Source: an uncultured Armatimonadetes bacterium
Lineage (GTDB): Bacteria > Armatimonadota > UBA5829 > DTJY01
DNA: 64,000 bases
Assembly (NCBI GenBank): GCA_963717145.1
Contig: OY970325.1
Location: 4,672,001 to 4,736,000 of the forward strand
Direction of reading: 5' to 3'
Below the pieces are notes generated by a model. That model worked only from the letters and a program-made list of their open reading frames with translations, did no database searches and was not told the DNA's origin. Position 1 is the first letter of the stretch, and each line of letters opens with the position of its first letter. Positions 41,059 to 51,307 of the stretch are shown here, in pieces. The position numbers and the translations under genes are program-made.

Positions 41059-41835
41059 CTAGACCGAGATCGAGAGCAGACCTGCCAGGTTTGATGCGTA
41101 GATGCGCCGGCGGTCGTCGTCGGAGAGGTTGCCGTAGTCGATCTTGTACCGCGCGGGGAGTGCGTACTGGAGCATCAACTCCGTGCCGAAGAGCAGCCGC
41201 TCGGATCCCACCTCCGCGACGAGCTTCCTCATGCAGTTCGTCGGGCCCTGGACCCCCGCGATGTCGGCGAAGAGGTTGCCCGAAGCGGATGTCTCCTTCA
41301 ACGCAGACACTATCTCCCCGAAGCGCCCCATGCTCAGCACGAACTTCGTCGCCGGATGCGCAATCGCCAGGTCCGCGACATCCCCAGCGGGAACAGCCGG
41401 GACCATGCATATCGGCGGATGATGTCGTTCGTCCCAGAGCCGGATGCTCACGAACACCGGCAGTCCCATCTCCGCCGCCTGATCCGCCAGCGCCGAGACC
41501 TCCGGTGAGGTCAATGTGTACTTGTGGTAGCCCGGGAAGATGCGGATCGCCACCGCACGGAGCGGCCCCGCAGAGCGCACCAGGTCCCGATCCCATCCGG
41601 GGTACGCCGGGTTGATCGCCGCCATCAGCATCAGGCGGTCATTCTTTCGCCATATTTCCTGTCGGATCTCCTCGTTCGCTTCATGGGCGTTCGAGTAGAA
41701 GGCGCCGGAGAGCGGGGTGACCAGTGCGCGGTCGATCCCGGCCCTGTCCATGAGCCGCACGAGGTCCGGCACGCTGCTGTTGCGCGAATGTACGAACGGC
41801 CGCCTGCCGACGAAAGCGCATGCATCGAAGCTCAT
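41059..41835 (-). CDS. Amidohydrolase_2-fold protein (metal ligands degenerate)
   Basis: DACAF instead of HxH; RLLFGTE; coupled to the upstream paralog by an ATGA overlap. Confidence 0.8.
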   Translation of the reverse strand: MSFDACAFVGRRPFVHSRNSSVPDLVRLMDRAGIDRALVTPLSGAFYSNAHEANEEIRQEIWRKNDRLMLMAAINPAYPGWDRDLVRSAGPLRAVAIRIFPGYHKYTLTSPEVSALADQAAEMGLPVFVSIRLWDERHHPPICMVPAVPAGDVADLAIAHPATKFVLSMGRFGEIVSALKETSASGNLFADIAGVQGPTNCMRKLVAEVGSERLLFGTELMLQYALPARYKIDYGNLSDDDRRRIYASNLAGLLSISV

Positions 41836-42584
41836 CGGCGCGCCCTCCTCCTGAGAAGCCTCTGCATATTGCCGCCCAGGATCATCTCGCGGTCGGAATC
41901 GGAGATCTCCGCGCCGATGATCTTCGCCAGCGCGACGGGTAGATCGACCCCATGTGCGTCCGAGCCGAAGAGCACGCGTTCCGCGCCGAGTTCCTCCACC
42001 GCGTGTTCGATCATCCCGGCCTCGATGATGCTCCCGCTCGTGTCCACGTAGACGTTCGGGTAATCCCTGACCGTCTCGATCCCGCGCTCCCAGTCGCCGG
42101 CGATGTGGGCCATGATGATAGTGGCCCAGGGATACCTCCGCGCCAGTTCCGCGACGTGATGGGGCTTAGACTCGTGGGGCAGGTTGCCGGTCGCCTTGTG
42201 CCATGCATGCTGGAGGATGGGAATGCGGTACTGGATCGCCTTCTCGACGAGCGGGAAGACGCGCGGATCGTCGGCATATGCGGCGACCCAGAGCTTGATG
42301 CCCACCATGCCGAGTTCTTCGATGCACCGGCGCATCTCATCCAGCGATTCCTTGGGATAGACCGGGTTGAGGTAAGCGAATCCGAGCACCAGGCCGGGAT
42401 AGCGCTTCATGCACTTCGCGACATCGTCGTTCGCCTTGATGAAGACCTCGGGCGTCGGCTCGTAGGACCATTTTCGTCCGAGCGACGACGCGCACAACTG
42501 ATCGACCCCGAGCGCGGAGGCACTCTCGATCAGTTCCGGCTCGATCCCGGCGCCCTGCAGGTGGATGTGGCAATCGATGATCAT
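41832..42584 (-). CDS. Amidohydrolase family protein
   Basis: IDCHIH, GIKL, LQH, MAHI, RVLFGSD. Confidence 0.9.
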   Translation of the reverse strand: MIIDCHIHLQGAGIEPELIESASALGVDQLCASSLGRKWSYEPTPEVFIKANDDVAKCMKRYPGLVLGFAYLNPVYPKESLDEMRRCIEELGMVGIKLWVAAYADDPRVFPLVEKAIQYRIPILQHAWHKATGNLPHESKPHHVAELARRYPWATIIMAHIAGDWERGIETVRDYPNVYVDTSGSIIEAGMIEHAVEELGAERVLFGSDAHGVDLPVALAKIIGAEISDSDREMILGGNMQRLLRRRARR

Positions 42585-42620
42585 GCGTTCTCTCTCCGGG
42601 TATTCCTGGGAAAGTCACCC

Positions 42621-42735
42621 ACCGTCAGTCCTGAGTGCGCCGGTGAATGACGGCGTGTAACGAAGGACGGCCTTGATGCACCGAGCCGTCCTTCGTTACA
42701 CGCCGTCATTCACCGGCGCACTCAGGACTAACGGT
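42621..42735. repeat. REP-like family F long palindrome
   Basis: Near-perfect arms of about 50 bp. Confidence 0.9.
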
Positions 42736-42752
42736 ATCGGCTTTCTTGCCGA

Positions 42753-43880
42753 TCAGCCAAGCAGTCGCACGGCATCGTGGAGCAGCGAATTGCCATCGCA
42801 CCGGTAGCAGTGATTGTCATCTCCCCGGGGGACGCCCGCCCCACGGACGATCTCGGCGGCTTCCAGAATCGTATCTGCATACCATTCAGCGCACGGGGCG
42901 CGATGTCCTTCCAGCTTCGAGCCGGGGTTCGGACTCCACACGAACGGCACGATATTCGCGCCGACATCCGACAGCGCGCGTATCCCCTCGATGAAGGTGC
43001 CTCGCGGCTCCAGCCCCATCACCAGCACGCCGTAGACGTTGCCCGCGCCGAACACCTTGACCGCCCGCCCGATCGCATCGAAGAACGTGTCGTGCGAGAC
43101 GCTCTTTGCCTTCCCGGGACAGATCGCTTTGTAGTAGCCCTCGTCCCAAAGCTCCATGCTGTAACCGATCGCGCCGATTCCCGCATCCCTGTACCGCCGC
43201 ATGTCGTCCTCATCGATGGTCGCGGAGGGGAGAATCGTGCCGGGGATGGTGGTGACCCCGAGGGCGGACCGGATGCTCTCCAGGATGCTTATCACCAGCG
43301 AGACTTCCTTCTCATGGCTGAAGCAGCCCCCTGTCAACAGGATATGCTTGCACATCCCCTCGGCAAATGCCGCCGCGGCCACCTCGCCGATGTCATGGAT
43401 ATCCTTCCTGGTCAGCACCGAGTCGTAGGTCTTCTTCGTGTCAACGAGGTTGCAGAACGCGCATTCCTCTTGTTTGGCGAAATGGGAGCAGTAGTTCTGG
43501 TAGCAGATGAAGAAGCAGTCCTCACCGCCGATCTGGGCGATCTGACGCATGGTCGCGCCGCTCTCGGTCTGCTGATCGTAATACGTGGGCCTCGGGATCA
43601 GGCTCACCCGATCCAATGCCTCACCGTCTCTGGCAACCTGATGATCGGCGGTGATCTTGTAGCGAGACGATGGGTTGTAGCGGAACTGGGTGACCGTCCC
43701 GTCGGAGAGGACGAAATCGTCCGGCAGCTCGGTTCCCTTGTGGTTCACGAAATCCCAGCCGAAGAGACCGTGATTCTGCTCCTTGAACCGCGCCCCGACC
43801 TCATCGAACGCACCCGGCTCGAAGCTGATCCCCTCCACAAGCAGGTCCGCTTTCAGTCTCAGAAGTCTGTGATCCGTCAT
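42753..43880 (-). CDS. Radical SAM protein with CX8CX2C motif
   Basis: YCSHFAKQEECAFC, LTGG, ICPGK, C-terminal CYRC; start MTDHRLL after GGAGG. Confidence 0.8.
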   Translation of the reverse strand: MTDHRLLRLKADLLVEGISFEPGAFDEVGARFKEQNHGLFGWDFVNHKGTELPDDFVLSDGTVTQFRYNPSSRYKITADHQVARDGEALDRVSLIPRPTYYDQQTESGATMRQIAQIGGEDCFFICYQNYCSHFAKQEECAFCNLVDTKKTYDSVLTRKDIHDIGEVAAAAFAEGMCKHILLTGGCFSHEKEVSLVISILESIRSALGVTTIPGTILPSATIDEDDMRRYRDAGIGAIGYSMELWDEGYYKAICPGKAKSVSHDTFFDAIGRAVKVFGAGNVYGVLVMGLEPRGTFIEGIRALSDVGANIVPFVWSPNPGSKLEGHRAPCAEWYADTILEAAEIVRGAGVPRGDDNHCYRCDGNSLLHDAVRLLG

Positions 43881-43999
43881 TTCTTCCTCCGCGACGCTCA
43901 GGCGCTTTCGTGCAGCGTATAACGAAATATACCGCACGAAGGGCCGGAGTGTCAATGCCAGGGAATCCAGGTAAGAGTTCACGATCAAGGATAGTCGGG

Positions 44000-44090
44000 T
44001 GTCATTCTGAGCGCAGCGTATGTCATTCTGAACGCAGTGAAGAATCTGTTTGCGCACGGCCAGATTCTTCACTGCGTTCAGAATGACATA
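44000..44090. repeat. REP-like family G (TGTCATTCTGAACGCAGTGAAGAATCT and inverse)
   Basis: Three units here and three more at 58092-58187. Confidence 0.85.
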
Positions 44091-44160
44091 CGCGCAGCGC
44101 AGCTATCAGCGATCGTGAACTCTCACGAATACGGATTCCGCGTCGAATACCAATATTCCG

Positions 44161-44400
44161 GCCGGAGACATCCTCCAATCGCCCGGGGGAAAGATCTTCC
44201 AGCCCGGAAGCAAGTTGTCAATCCCCCGCAACAATCTCTTCCCGCCCGGAAGCAAGTTGTCAATCCCCCGCAACAATCTCTTCCCGCCCGGAAGCAAGTT
44301 GTCAATCCCCCGCAACAATGTCTTCCCGCCCGGAGACATCTTCCTGATCCCCCGCAGCAATCTCTTCCCGCCCGGAAACAACTTCCTTCCGCCCGGAAAA
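44161..44400 (+). repeat. 42-bp tandem repeat array
   Basis: TCTTCCCGCCCGGAAGCAAGTTGTCAATCCCCCGCAACAATC, three near-exact units plus degenerate flanking units. Confidence 0.9.
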
Positions 44401-44790
44401 CCGGGACGGAGAGCCGGGAAAGGCACAGTTACTACAGAATGGTCACACTCGGGCCGCAGTCCTGTCATAGAGAGTGTTCTCCGGCAGCAGAGGTCCCAAA
44501 AGAAGGAATAGAGGTATAGGCATCGAATGAGGAAGCATGCCGAGAACCGCTCGATCAGTGCTGGAGGGCATTCCCTATCACGTCACCCAGAGGGGCAACC
44601 GCAGAGGGGAACGCACGAGGGTCGGGTTTCCCTGCGGGGATGAGGCGTTTGTGGGAAGGATCTCAAACCTGTTTGGGAGGGAGCTTATCCTTCGTCGAGG
44701 CGGTCGCCCGAGGAAAATCCATGACGGCGGGTAGACGTAATCGTGAACCAATCGTAAATACCGCGCCTGTCCCTGGTTTCTCTGGTTTCC
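44395..44790 (+). mobile_element. Non-autonomous RAYT/Y1 HUH element with internally deleted transposase ORF (44537-44734)
   Basis: MPRTARSVLEGIPYHVTQRGNRR joined directly to a C-terminal G.P.GDEAF...GR......GRPRK; HUH core absent; bounded by GGGAAAGGCACAG ... CGCGCCTGTCCC. Confidence 0.72.
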
Positions 44791-44814
44791 AGAAAGGTTC
44801 TACAGGTGGTCTAT

Positions 44815-45351
44815 ATGTTAAGCAATGCTCGCAAGAAACGATCCATTGCCATCATTGCGGCAGTACTCTTGGCGGTCGCGATCGTGGTCGCAGTCCTCTA
44901 TGCCGCACACAGCCGTTCAGGGTCTCGGCCCGAAGCCTTCGTTGTTCTGCCGAACGCTGAGAAAGCTGCGTTCGTGACCTTCCACGGCACCAGACAGATG
45001 AGGTATGAGTTCGTTGAGCCGTATCCGGCGAAGACGGCTCTCAAGAGCATCTCAGACCGACTGGACAGCCTGGGCTGGAAGCCGCTGAAGAATAGCTATC
45101 TGCAACCAGACCGTCCATCGTCCCATGTGACCGGTTGGAAGGAGTTCCAGGACGGCACCAAGACGCCTTGGGTGAAAGTCAAGCAGTGGATGGCCGAGTG
45201 GAGGAGTCCTAGCGGCGATGTCGTTTCGTATATCTTGCGGTACGAGTGGCCAAATGACGCATCGGTTCCAAATACGGACAGGGTGCGCTTGAACAGCGTA
45301 CTCATACCTGCGAAAGCCGCAGCGTCGGGAAAAGGGGGACAGGCGCAATGA
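44815..45351 (+). CDS. Membrane-anchored hypothetical protein (paralog of 4412-4876)
   Basis: N-terminal TM; shared motif blocks with the 4412 gene. Confidence 0.7.
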   Translation: MLSNARKKRSIAIIAAVLLAVAIVVAVLYAAHSRSGSRPEAFVVLPNAEKAAFVTFHGTRQMRYEFVEPYPAKTALKSISDRLDSLGWKPLKNSYLQPDRPSSHVTGWKEFQDGTKTPWVKVKQWMAEWRSPSGDVVSYILRYEWPNDASVPNTDRVRLNSVLIPAKAAASGKGGQAQ

Positions 45352-45405
45352 CCGCAGTCTGTTCATCAGTTTGACCCAACGGCAACATAGCTGACCCGCC
45401 AACCG

Positions 45406-45477
45406 CCATGACGACAGGTGGACGTAATCGTGAACAAATCGTAAACACTGTGCCTGTCCCTGGTTTCCCTGGTTTCC
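45406..45477 (+). repeat. 72-bp direct repeat of 44719-44790
   Basis: 64/72 identical by my alignment. Confidence 0.9.
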
Positions 45478-45804
45478 CCCTGTGCCTACTCCCATGTTCC
45501 CATATACTACCGATGGCTGCCGCACCCAATCAGCGGCGTTTCCTTGCAGCTACAATGGCTTCGAGAGCCTTTTCTATGCGGCCACGCAGACCACCAAGGG
45601 CTTTCTGTTCGCCATAGGACAATACCCTGAAATGACTATTTATCGAAATACAGTTTGCAGGCTACTTGTAAGAGGAATCGTTTGCTAGTTCCCCCCAAGA
45701 ACATGCCTTACCCGGGTCTCACATCACGTTCCTACGGGCATCGATCTTGTCCGCAGTCAGGAATGCGTAAGACACGCACAAGATGCTCAGTGCGAGACAG
45801 GGAT

Positions 45805-48553
45805 TCACTTCAGACGTTGTAGAAAACTCTGAGCCGTCTTGACAAGCGGTTCGTCCAGATCCAGTTCATCAGCTACCGACTTCGCATCGGCTGATAGGAA
45901 AGCCTCCACGGTCATATATGCATCGGTGATTGCCTCAATCACATTCTGAGCGAGTCCGCTGTTTGCTAGCAAAATTGCCGATAGGAATCGCTTGCCACCC
46001 TTCAGACCAGACAACTGCGCGTTCTTCTGAATCTCATTCCTAAGATGACTAGCAAGTTTACTCACATCGGTGGCGGAGTCAACAAGGGGATACTCGATGT
46101 AGATCCAACCTTGGAGATCGCTTGGCACAGGCTTTCCCTTCCTCACACGAAGCAATGCTGAAGGCCGCTCTGGAAGCATCCTCAGCATGCCCACCTCCAT
46201 CATAACGTTCGCGTTCTGATCAGAGATCTCCGCCAGGTAGCAATGGGCATTCTTGATGTGGTCCATCACATTTCCGGACACTGTGGGATCATGTGTTAGA
46301 TCGCGCGCTGTGATCACCTGCCAATAATAGGGAGGCGACTGAAGCGCAGCGCGCACCGCCTCAAGGAAAGGGTCATACTTATCGTCGAACGGATACGCCA
46401 GAAAGCATGTCACGTGGTCAGAAAGCTCGGGCTGGGCCAACTTGCAGCGCAGTTCCGTCATCTCATGATCGAACGCCATCTGAGCCTTCTTGAACTCAGC
46501 TTGGAAGGCGTCCAGTTCACGCGCTACTCTCGCAGCCTTTTCTTCCTGCTGTTTGGCGTATTGCCGGAGTTCCTCTAGAGCGTCATCATGCTCCAGTTTC
46601 CGCCGGGTCAGTTCAGCCTCGACCTCCAGGAGACTCTGATGCTTCGCCATCAGTTGCTCAATAGCCATATTGGTACCGCGGAACATGACCTGCGCGTTCT
46701 CAGGTGTCACTGAGTGAGATTCGAATAGCACAGCGTTGTTGTAGAGGACAGTCATCGCCAGGTTGCGGACGGGATACCTCCCTGTCGGATGCGGCAAGTA
46801 GCTGGATTATGGGATTAGACGCGTTCAAATGAAGAACCGTCCCGCCGGTCAGCGAACCCTTGCGGTAGCGATCTCGTTCCTGCAGAAGTTGCGTGAAGAA
46901 CTTCCTTAGCTCCGGATTGACGTCTGTATCCTCAGCCAGCTTGCGGACTGTGTTCTCGTGTTCGGCATCTTCCTCAACCTGCAGCAGGATTGCGGGGATA
47001 TCAGTCGGCCGAAACTTTACCACTCGAGCAGCCATATTCCTGAGCGCAAAATCCTCTTCAAGCTTCGACCATCGGCCGTCCACATCGTCCACTGGTTCAA
47101 AGATATAGCCGGCGGCGGCATCCAGCTTCTTCACATCCACGTCCTCATGGCGCTCGTCATATTTCTCGAGAAACGCCTGTTCAGCTCCATAGCTTGCATC
47201 GATCACGCATAGTCCGGCTTCACGGAACAGAATCTTCTGCTGCGTTCCACTGCCAACGTCGCTGAAGTAATGAATGGTCTTGCGAGGTGTCTCCCCTTCC
47301 GCCGGCGTCTCACCGGCCTCAGTGCTCGCCAGAGCCTTGGGGTCAGACCCAACAAAGCGCTGGAGGTACGCGGGAATGTTCATCTTTCCATACTCGGTGT
47401 CCACAAGCACCAGATCACAGATCTTGTCGAAGAAGCTGTCGTCCTCCAGTGACCACGCCTTTATCAATGTGTTGTGGCTCGTCACAACCTCCCGCAGTTG
47501 CTGAGGATCGTCCGATGCAAGTCGGTCCAGATGCTTCAGGATTGACTGGGCCACCACCTCGCGCACGCGGTGGTATTTTTCGTCCTTTCGGACGCTCTCG
47601 CGAGACAGGGTCGGAGTAAGGGAAGAGCTATCCACTATTCCACGCACGAACTTCGCCCACACTGGGAGCAACTCCTGATCTCCGTTGCAGATAAACATCC
47701 GCGAGATATAGATGTCCAGGTCCCCATATTCCTTGATGGATACCATTGCATGGCGAGGAATGTAGAGTACCCCGTGAACAGAAAGGTCGCCTTCCTCGTA
47801 TTCCAGTGGAATGACTTCGAGCGGTGGTGTATCTTGGTACCGGTTTTTCACGTATTCCAAGTACTCCGATCTAGTCGCGTGCCGGTGCCACGGGGCATCC
47901 ATCACGTTCACAGGGAGCTTCGCCTGATTGAGGTAGATCGGCAACGACAGGAAGTCTGCATAGGTCTTGACTACCTTTGTGAGCACTTCCTCGTTGAGCA
48001 TGGTCGCCACATGATCCGGCGATACCGTGATGATGACTTCCGTGCCGACATCCTTCTTGTCGGCTTCCGCAAGTGTGTAGGTAACATTGCCGTCGCATTC
48101 CCAGCAGTATCCTCGCGATTCTGGCTGATATGACCGGGTAAGAATCTGTATCTTCTCCGCTATGATAAACGCCGAGAGCAGGCCGAGCCCGAACTGACCG
48201 ATCAGCTTCTCAGCGATGTCGCGATTCTTCTCGGAAAGCGCCTTCCTCAGCTCGGCCGTGTATCCTTTCCCTACAGTGGACAGAAACTCGTGGATCTCTG
48301 ACTCCGTCATCCCAGAGCCATTGTCACGGAAGGTTAGGGTCCGCGCATACGCATTTGCCTCGATGCCGATGCGTGGGTTCTTGAAGCTCTTGTCTTCTGC
48401 CATCCGACGCAGGCACGAGTCATGAGCGTTCTGGATCATCTCCCGCACGGAGACCTCCGGCTCCGAGTATAGTGTCTCGCCCAGGATTTTAATCAGTCCC
48501 GGGAGGTGAATCTGGATTTCATGCTCCTTTGCAGCCGTGTGCTCGGTTGTCAT
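45805..48553 (-). CDS. Hsp90/HtpG-like ATPase fused to coiled coil, NDT/TIR-like domain and HhH-like tail; one +1 frameshift near 46775
   Basis: REMIQNAHD, DNGSGM, IGQFGLG, GT, LSRE; the tail aligns across the shift with the paralog's C-terminus; then CFLAYPF...LAEISDQNANVMMEVG...VPSDLQGWIYIEY. Confidence 0.82.
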
Positions 48554-48584
48554 GCTGTTTCCTCCTATCCTAACGCCTCATCCC

Positions 48585-50048
48585 TCAGATCATAGTGGCA
48601 ATCGTTTCCACCAATTCCTGTATGGCCGATGGAAATCGCATCTGCCGTAGATGGCTGATCACCCATCGAATATCCTCCAGGCCGGGCCCCGCACGAGATG
48701 GCTCTTGCACAATCAGATCGCGAAGCTGCTCCAGGCTACGCTGAAGACAGTCTTCCGCTGGACTTGAGACACCATCGGCACGCGGAGATGACTCGTCAAG
48801 CTGCGAGTACTGCCTAGCAGCCAAACGAAGTAGTTCGTGCAGGAAGGTATCCCGATTCTCCAAGCAAGATCCGTCACTCAGCATGTTAGCTATCGCCGTG
48901 ATCACCACCAGCAGAAGCTGGCTCCTATTGGGCTCAACAAGTATAGATGCAATCACATCTGTCGCCTCCAGCCGATTGCTGGACGACAACTTCGTGAGAA
49001 ACCTGCGCCACAACCACAGCCTGGCGCTAGTCGCCTCTACACCATGCTTATCGAGTAAGTCATCTAGCAGGAATATGCTTCCCGACTTGAGCAAGACCTC
49101 GACGTCTTCGGTGTTGATGATAGTCACAACCTGTTCTTCGGATACCGACTGGCCCAGCTTCTCGGCTCGAAGCAATGAGAGGAGATTACCTACGTGCGTC
49201 CTGTCCCACTTGCCATTGGTATACCTGGCTACCCCATCTGCGCGAGTGAGAATCTCCTCAGCACTTGAGAGGTGTTCATTGGTGTGAAGACCCTGTCCGC
49301 CGTGCCGATTGCGCACAACGCTCTTCAGGATGAACTCACCGTAGCTGACACAACACTCAAAGAGGCAGGAGAAATACTCTCCTGTTATCGTCTGATTCGC
49401 GATATTGGTTATCTCCTTATGCAGCGCTTGACTATCGAAGCCCAGAACCCCCATTGCACCCTCGCTGCTGCGACCGTCAGGTAAACCAGGTGGCAGCAAG
49501 AGCGCAATGCTTGCGCTGAGCATGTGCTGTAGCTCGGTCACCGGCCAAAGCGCCAGATCGTGGAGCATATGACTGTCAGCGCATTCCCTCAGCACCTGCG
49601 CAGCAAGCACCACCTCGTCCAAGCGATCACCAGCGTCAAGAGACCACAGCTTAGCTTGTAGCAGCCCCCACTCCTGCGACCCAAGCGGCGGCGGGCCAAA
49701 GCGCGCAATGTTGGCGGCAACACCCGCATTCCGTTCTATCTCCCGCCACGCTCCGTGCAGACATCTGATCGCGTCATCTTCGTTCCCCGCCACTCGAAAC
49801 AGCCGACCAGTGAGCAACGGTATACGCACGGCAGCGTCATGACTGCCCATTACTACTTGCGGAGCGTTATTCATGTAGAAATCGATACTGACAGCAACGT
49901 GTCTGGCGACCCGCCGTTCAAGACGAGACTGTTTCGCAGGAACCATTCGTGCCAGGTAAACGAGTCCTTCCCGCTTCTTTCTGGGATCCGGTGAGAGCAG
50001 GTTCCGGACAGCAGCGGCAACGCTGCGATCAAGATCAACTCCGTTCAT
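48585..50048 (-). CDS. Hypothetical, probably alpha-helical, protein in the Hsp90-SIR2 operon
   Basis: GGAGGT RBS, start MNGVDLDR overlapping the SIR2 gene end; Leu/Ala/Glu/Arg-rich; no motif recognised. Confidence 0.7.
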   Translation of the reverse strand: MNGVDLDRSVAAAVRNLLSPDPRKKREGLVYLARMVPAKQSRLERRVARHVAVSIDFYMNNAPQVVMGSHDAAVRIPLLTGRLFRVAGNEDDAIRCLHGAWREIERNAGVAANIARFGPPPLGSQEWGLLQAKLWSLDAGDRLDEVVLAAQVLRECADSHMLHDLALWPVTELQHMLSASIALLLPPGLPDGRSSEGAMGVLGFDSQALHKEITNIANQTITGEYFSCLFECCVSYGEFILKSVVRNRHGGQGLHTNEHLSSAEEILTRADGVARYTNGKWDRTHVGNLLSLLRAEKLGQSVSEEQVVTIINTEDVEVLLKSGSIFLLDDLLDKHGVEATSARLWLWRRFLTKLSSSNRLEATDVIASILVEPNRSQLLLVVITAIANMLSDGSCLENRDTFLHELLRLAARQYSQLDESSPRADGVSSPAEDCLQRSLEQLRDLIVQEPSRAGPGLEDIRWVISHLRQMRFPSAIQELVETIATMI

Positions 50049-51306
50049 CCCAGTACCTCCACACCTGATCATAGGACGGCTCCCAACTCGGGCGGTCACC
50101 TACAGCGTCCGAGCGAGTCATATGGTCGAGCAGGCCCCGCCGCACCCCAGATGAGAACGTCAGACACGGTCCTCGCAGTCCATACACATGACACAGCATT
50201 CCATTGTGCAGCCACTTGCTTAGTCGCTGCTGCTTCTCCGCCTTACCGTCGCCCTCCTCGCGCCCTAGGACAAACTCGGCGTCGAACTCTCCTTTGAGAA
50301 CAGCAGCGAATACAGCAACTGGGAACGAGCCATCTTGTTTCCTCAGCCAATAATCGTGAAGGTCTCTTCGCAGGTCGGCCGCATCAGGAATGATCTGCTG
50401 GCTAAGAAGCTCGCGCTTCAGCTGCTCTAGGAAGCCCTGGATATCGTGTGCGTATATGTCGACCCCGCGTTCCTCCCAAAAACTCTGATCCACAGGATCA
50501 GGATCATTCATTATGGCCCAGGACGGCGGCATGTTGTCCTCTTGCCTGGCTTCCTGGAGGATACGCTGGAAGTTCAGGTCCCTCATGCTGTAGCCCAGTA
50601 TCAACAGAGGTCGCGTGGCAAACCAGAGTCTGAGTTGGCACGCGATCAGCGGTCGATTCCTAAAAAAGACGGCGTACTGCGAGGTACTTAGTACGTAGTC
50701 GTCCAGGAGTTCCGCCCTATCGATCGAGGTGGGGACTCGTATTCTTCTCTGAATCGCGTTCAAGCAGCCGTGCATCTTGACGATCTGTGTGCGGTCTACC
50801 TGCCCTTGGTCATTCGGAGGCTGGGAAAGATCGCTATCGCCGGCAATGCACCAGGGCCACAGTAGCGTTGCATCGTAGATTGCAGTTTCGAGCAGTGTGT
50901 CATAATTTGTCGTCGCAATAGCTCGGAAAGGTATTTCTGCAATGAGTGAGTGGATCTCACCATATCCCGCTCTTAGCCCTGTTGCCGCACCGATGTGGAG
51001 CCTGTTTAGTACGTCGTCATCGAGATGGGCTTCAAAGGCACGCAAAAAAGCACGATTCAGCCTGCCGGGCCCGTGGTGTCTATCAACGCGGCGGAGTCGT
51101 TCCGCTGTCCTGTGAAGATCTTCGTTGCCTCTGGCTGCAAGCTCAGCCTGCGCTCCATCATGCTTTCTGATCTCGTCTATCAGTGTCTTGCGCAGTTCCT
51201 CCGTACTTGGTGCACACCCACTGGAGATACCGGCCCCCACCAGCAACACACACCTTCCCGACAGGATGCTCTCGGCTATCAGGTCCACAGGAATGGTACC
51301 GGGCAC
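50035..51306 (-). CDS. SIR2-like (SIR2_2) domain protein, putative NADase effector
   Basis: LLVGAGIS, IATTNYDTLLE, IVKMHGCL, DYVLS..QY, LILGYSMRDLNF. Confidence 0.9.
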   Translation of the reverse strand: MPGTIPVDLIAESILSGRCVLLVGAGISSGCAPSTEELRKTLIDEIRKHDGAQAELAARGNEDLHRTAERLRRVDRHHGPGRLNRAFLRAFEAHLDDDVLNRLHIGAATGLRAGYGEIHSLIAEIPFRAIATTNYDTLLETAIYDATLLWPWCIAGDSDLSQPPNDQGQVDRTQIVKMHGCLNAIQRRIRVPTSIDRAELLDDYVLSTSQYAVFFRNRPLIACQLRLWFATRPLLILGYSMRDLNFQRILQEARQEDNMPPSWAIMNDPDPVDQSFWEERGVDIYAHDIQGFLEQLKRELLSQQIIPDAADLRRDLHDYWLRKQDGSFPVAVFAAVLKGEFDAEFVLGREEGDGKAEKQQRLSKWLHNGMLCHVYGLRGPCLTFSSGVRRGLLDHMTRSDAVGDRPSWEPSYDQVWRYWDERS

Positions 51307-51307
51307 G

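Noticed and set aside
44161-44400. CRISPR array
   Set aside because: The units repeat in full with no unique spacers, and there are no cas genes in the window.
44037-44519. 160-aa repeat protein ORF
   Set aside because: It starts inside a REP, and its openness is explained by the 42-bp repeat.
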